IMG/VR virus record: IMGVR_UViG_2522572155_000001
Coordinates: 32,001-96,000 of that record
Strand: one strand, 5' to 3'
Source: a virus
Taxonomy: Duplodnaviria > Caudoviricetes
DNA length: 64,000 bases
Shown here piece after piece: positions 61,659 to 64,000 of this stretch. The position numbers and the translations under genes are program-made. The notes under the pieces were generated by a model. It made no database searches, was not told where the DNA came from, and worked only from the letters and a program-made list of their open reading frames with translations. Position 1 is the first letter of the stretch; every line of letters begins with the position of its first letter.

Positions 61659-61817
61659 ATGCGTAAGTACACCGGCACCGAGAAGACCGAAGTCCTCACC
61701 CCTGACGAGCATCGCCAGGCGGGTGACGCCCTTCGCGAGATGGGCAAGACTTCCGCTCGTGACCTTACCGAGGCCGAACGCCTCCGGTTCATTCAGGTCA
61801 CGAGCAAGGTCAAGTAG
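61659..61817 (+). CDS. small hypothetical protein
   Basis: MRKYTGTEK... Confidence 0.45.
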   Translation: MRKYTGTEKTEVLTPDEHRQAGDALREMGKTSARDLTEAERLRFIQVTSKVK

Positions 61818-61905
61818 GCACTGGCCGACTACGTAAGTCACGGGCTGCAAGTACCTCTTCCGAGGTCCAAGCCTTAGAAATCACCAGAGTAAAGGAGCAG
61901 TATCC

Positions 61906-62898
61906 ATGCCTAACTTTAGGCGCGGCGCAGCGGCCATCGAGCAGGCCGCCACTTCGAAGGCCGGAGGCAACTTCCGCGCATTCGTGCCCGAGATTCAGTG
62001 GCGCGAGGACAAGGAGGAGAAGCACGTCCTGTTCCTGACGGCGGTGGAGGAGATCCCGACCATCCAGTACCACGACTGGATCCCGGTAGGCACTGGCGAG
62101 AAGGCAAACGGCGAGACCTACACTCGCTATGAGAAGTTCATCTCTCGTAAGGACCCCGCTATTGGCGAGTCCTATGACGAGCTTGAGGACCGACTAGGCG
62201 TCAAGCCGAAGACGCGGCAGATTGCCGTCGCCGTCGAGCTTGAGCCGATCACCGAGATGGTCAAGGGCCGCACGAAGGCAGTCGGCTTCTCCGTGGCAAC
62301 CGATACCTACACCCGCAAGACGGATAACGGTGAGGTAGAGGTGACGCAGCCGAAGGTCGGGCTCGTGGTCCAGGCCGCGCAGAACTTCTTTGGCTGGCTG
62401 TCCTCCTATGACGCCTCGCGGGGTCCGATCGAGGAAACCCCGATGCAGATCGTCCGTCGCGGCAAGAACGCCGACACGGCGTATGACTTCATCGCACTGG
62501 AAAACCTCCCGGTCGATCTGTCCGCGCTCGTCAACCACATCGACGGCGTCTCCTACCTGGGCAACGCCGAGGAGATCACCGCCTTTGTCAGCAAGCTTCC
62601 CGAGGACGACGGCGAGGCGGCCTCGGTCATTGCAGCGGCCCTGCTCGACAAGCGCCTTGAGGAGCTTGCGGACAAGGAGCGTTACGACGAGCTTGTGAAT
62701 CCGATCGAGGAGATCACGCAGAAGTTCGGCGGGGGCAGCAAGAAGGCGGCTCCGCGCGAGCGCCCGCAGCGGGCATCTCGTCGCGTGAGCGCTCCGGCGT
62801 CCGAGGCACCCGAGGCGTCCGAGACGGCCGAGGCTCCCGAGGAGACTAACGCAGAGCGCTTCGCCCGCCTGAAGGACAAGATCGCGCAGCCCGCCTAA
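61906..62898 (+). CDS. putative ssDNA-binding protein
   Basis: strong RBS; replication context; IVRRGKNADTAY; charged tail. Confidence 0.6.
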   Translation: MPNFRRGAAAIEQAATSKAGGNFRAFVPEIQWREDKEEKHVLFLTAVEEIPTIQYHDWIPVGTGEKANGETYTRYEKFISRKDPAIGESYDELEDRLGVKPKTRQIAVAVELEPITEMVKGRTKAVGFSVATDTYTRKTDNGEVEVTQPKVGLVVQAAQNFFGWLSSYDASRGPIEETPMQIVRRGKNADTAYDFIALENLPVDLSALVNHIDGVSYLGNAEEITAFVSKLPEDDGEAASVIAAALLDKRLEELADKERYDELVNPIEEITQKFGGGSKKAAPRERPQRASRRVSAPASEAPEASETAEAPEETNAERFARLKDKIAQPA

Positions 62899-62902
62899 TT
62901 CG

Positions 62903-63139
62903 ATGCGAGTCTCTGATGAGGCCATCGAGTACGCCACGCAGCGCGTAGAGGCACTGATGAGGGTCAACTTCACCCGCCCGAAAGGCGAGCGTAGCGAAAC
63001 CCTGGAGACAGTGTGGGAGGGGGTCGGCGTGACGAACGTCGACCTCCTGTACCAGCGCGCGGGGGAGATCAGCGAGCACGCCGGTCCCTTCCTTACAGGC
63101 GTTCTCTTTGGCCTCTTCGTGAGGCAATTCGACTACTGA
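62903..63139 (+). CDS. hypothetical protein
   Basis: ORF track. Confidence 0.55.
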   Translation: MRVSDEAIEYATQRVEALMRVNFTRPKGERSETLETVWEGVGVTNVDLLYQRAGEISEHAGPFLTGVLFGLFVRQFDY

Positions 63140-63564
63140 TGCTCGACACATCTGAGGGCGTGGCCCTCTACACGGACGGATCCTCGAACTACAAGGATAA
63201 GTCCGGCGGGTGGGCGTACGTTGCCGCCGACGCCTTCGGTAACCAGACCGAAGGTTGGGGCGCCGAGACGGACGCGACCAATAACCGCATGGAGATGACG
63301 GCCGTCATTCGCGGACTCCTGCGTCTGGCGGCCGATTACGGCGAGTGCGAGGTGCTGGTGCGGTCCGACTCCCAATACGTGGTGCTCGGGTGTCAAGACC
63401 CGTCGCGCTCGCGCAAGAAGAACACGGACCTCTGGTGGCTGTTGGACACGGCGCTGCTCGGACACTCGTATGTGGAGTTCGAGCACGTGAAGGGTCACGA
63501 GGGAGAGCACTTCAACGAGCGCTGCGATGTCCTCGCAGGTGAAGCACGGAAGGGACAGCGATGA
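63139..63564 (+). CDS. rnhA: ribonuclease HI
   Basis: YTDGS, TNNRMEM, SDSQYV, NTDLW, HVKGH, NERCD. Confidence 0.93.
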   Translation: MLDTSEGVALYTDGSSNYKDKSGGWAYVAADAFGNQTEGWGAETDATNNRMEMTAVIRGLLRLAADYGECEVLVRSDSQYVVLGCQDPSRSRKKNTDLWWLLDTALLGHSYVEFEHVKGHEGEHFNERCDVLAGEARKGQR

Positions 63565-64000
63565 GTCTTCAGGAGATGACGGCGTACGCAGTTGATCTCG
63601 AACCGTACGAGCTAGCGCAGGCCGCCTACGTGGGTTGCCAGCGTCACATCGAGTCGGTCGCCAAGGGCCTGCCGGATCGCTACGGCGCGGAGAAGGGCGG
63701 CTGGAATCTACATATCGAAGGTGCTGCCGGTGAACTCGCGTTCGCGAAGTGCCTCAACGTGTACTGGAGCGGCAGCGTCAACACCTTCGGTGAAGGGGGC
63801 GACGTTGGCCAGATTCAGGTACGGACACGAAGCCGTCACGACTACGAGTTGATAATCCGCGAGAAGGACCGCGACGATGACGTGTTTGTCCTCGTCACGG
63901 GCGTCAGTCCGGAGTATGTCGTGGTGGGGTGGACATTTGGCGGGATCGCCAAGGCCCACGATGAGTGGCGTAAGACGCATGGAGGGCGCGCGGCTGCCTG
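63561..64000 (+). CDS. phage protein, possible PD-(D/E)xK fold, truncated by window end
   Basis: RBS/ATGA coupling; GAAGELAFAK...DVGQIQVRT. Confidence 0.65.
   Translation, partial: MSLQEMTAYAVDLEPYELAQAAYVGCQRHIESVAKGLPDRYGAEKGGWNLHIEGAAGELAFAKCLNVYWSGSVNTFGEGGDVGQIQVRTRSRHDYELIIREKDRDDDVFVLVTGVSPEYVVVGWTFGGIAKAHDEWRKTHGGRAAA

Noticed and set aside
27086-63564. ORF-track N-terminal extensions (dNMP kinase to 28072, fibres to 44524/45567, DnaB from 58217, primase from 60473, RNase H from 63013)
   Set aside because: Extensions overlap neighbouring genes and are low-complexity; internal starts with coupling or an RBS fit better
482-63980. Many long opposite-strand or alternate-frame ORFs in the track (e.g. 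482-1663+, 15769-16758+, 19751-20815+, 55934-57589-)
   Set aside because: Shadow ORFs typical of high-GC DNA; they overlap motif-supported genes and lack recognisable motifs

Overview
The window is a 64-kb segment of a large, high-GC tailed-phage genome, probably infecting an actinobacterium (inferred from GC content, leaderless genes and a short-arm tRNA-Leu(CAA)). From 1 to 53.9 kb nearly all genes are on the minus strand. In window order these are: small early genes with sigma-A-type promoters (incl. ArdC); tail-appendage genes; two giant multidomain 'polyvalent' proteins (2581 aa and 1534 aa, the latter ending in a CCA-adding enzyme); nucleotide-metabolism genes; portal, head and tail-fibre genes; terminase; lysins; an array of 32 tRNA genes with tmRNA and other RNAs; and a class II ribonucleotide reductase. 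From 54.1 kb the plus strand carries replication genes (DnaC-like, DnaB-like, ThyX, primase, SSB, RNase H). Three observations stand out. (1) The tRNA array is preceded by a promoter, a 19-codon leader peptide using 16 different amino acids, and mutually exclusive antiterminator/terminator hairpins. This looks like a ribosome-mediated attenuator that senses general tRNA failure. (2) The array contains a ~278-nt RNase P RNA. No tRNA encodes CCA and the phage carries its own CCA-adding enzyme, so it may have a self-contained tRNA maturation kit. (3) Six in-frame 28-bp dif/Xer-like sites (11-6-11) sit at domain boundaries inside the 2581-aa gene, suggesting recombination-delimited domain cassettes. 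All calls are by eye; no searches were run.
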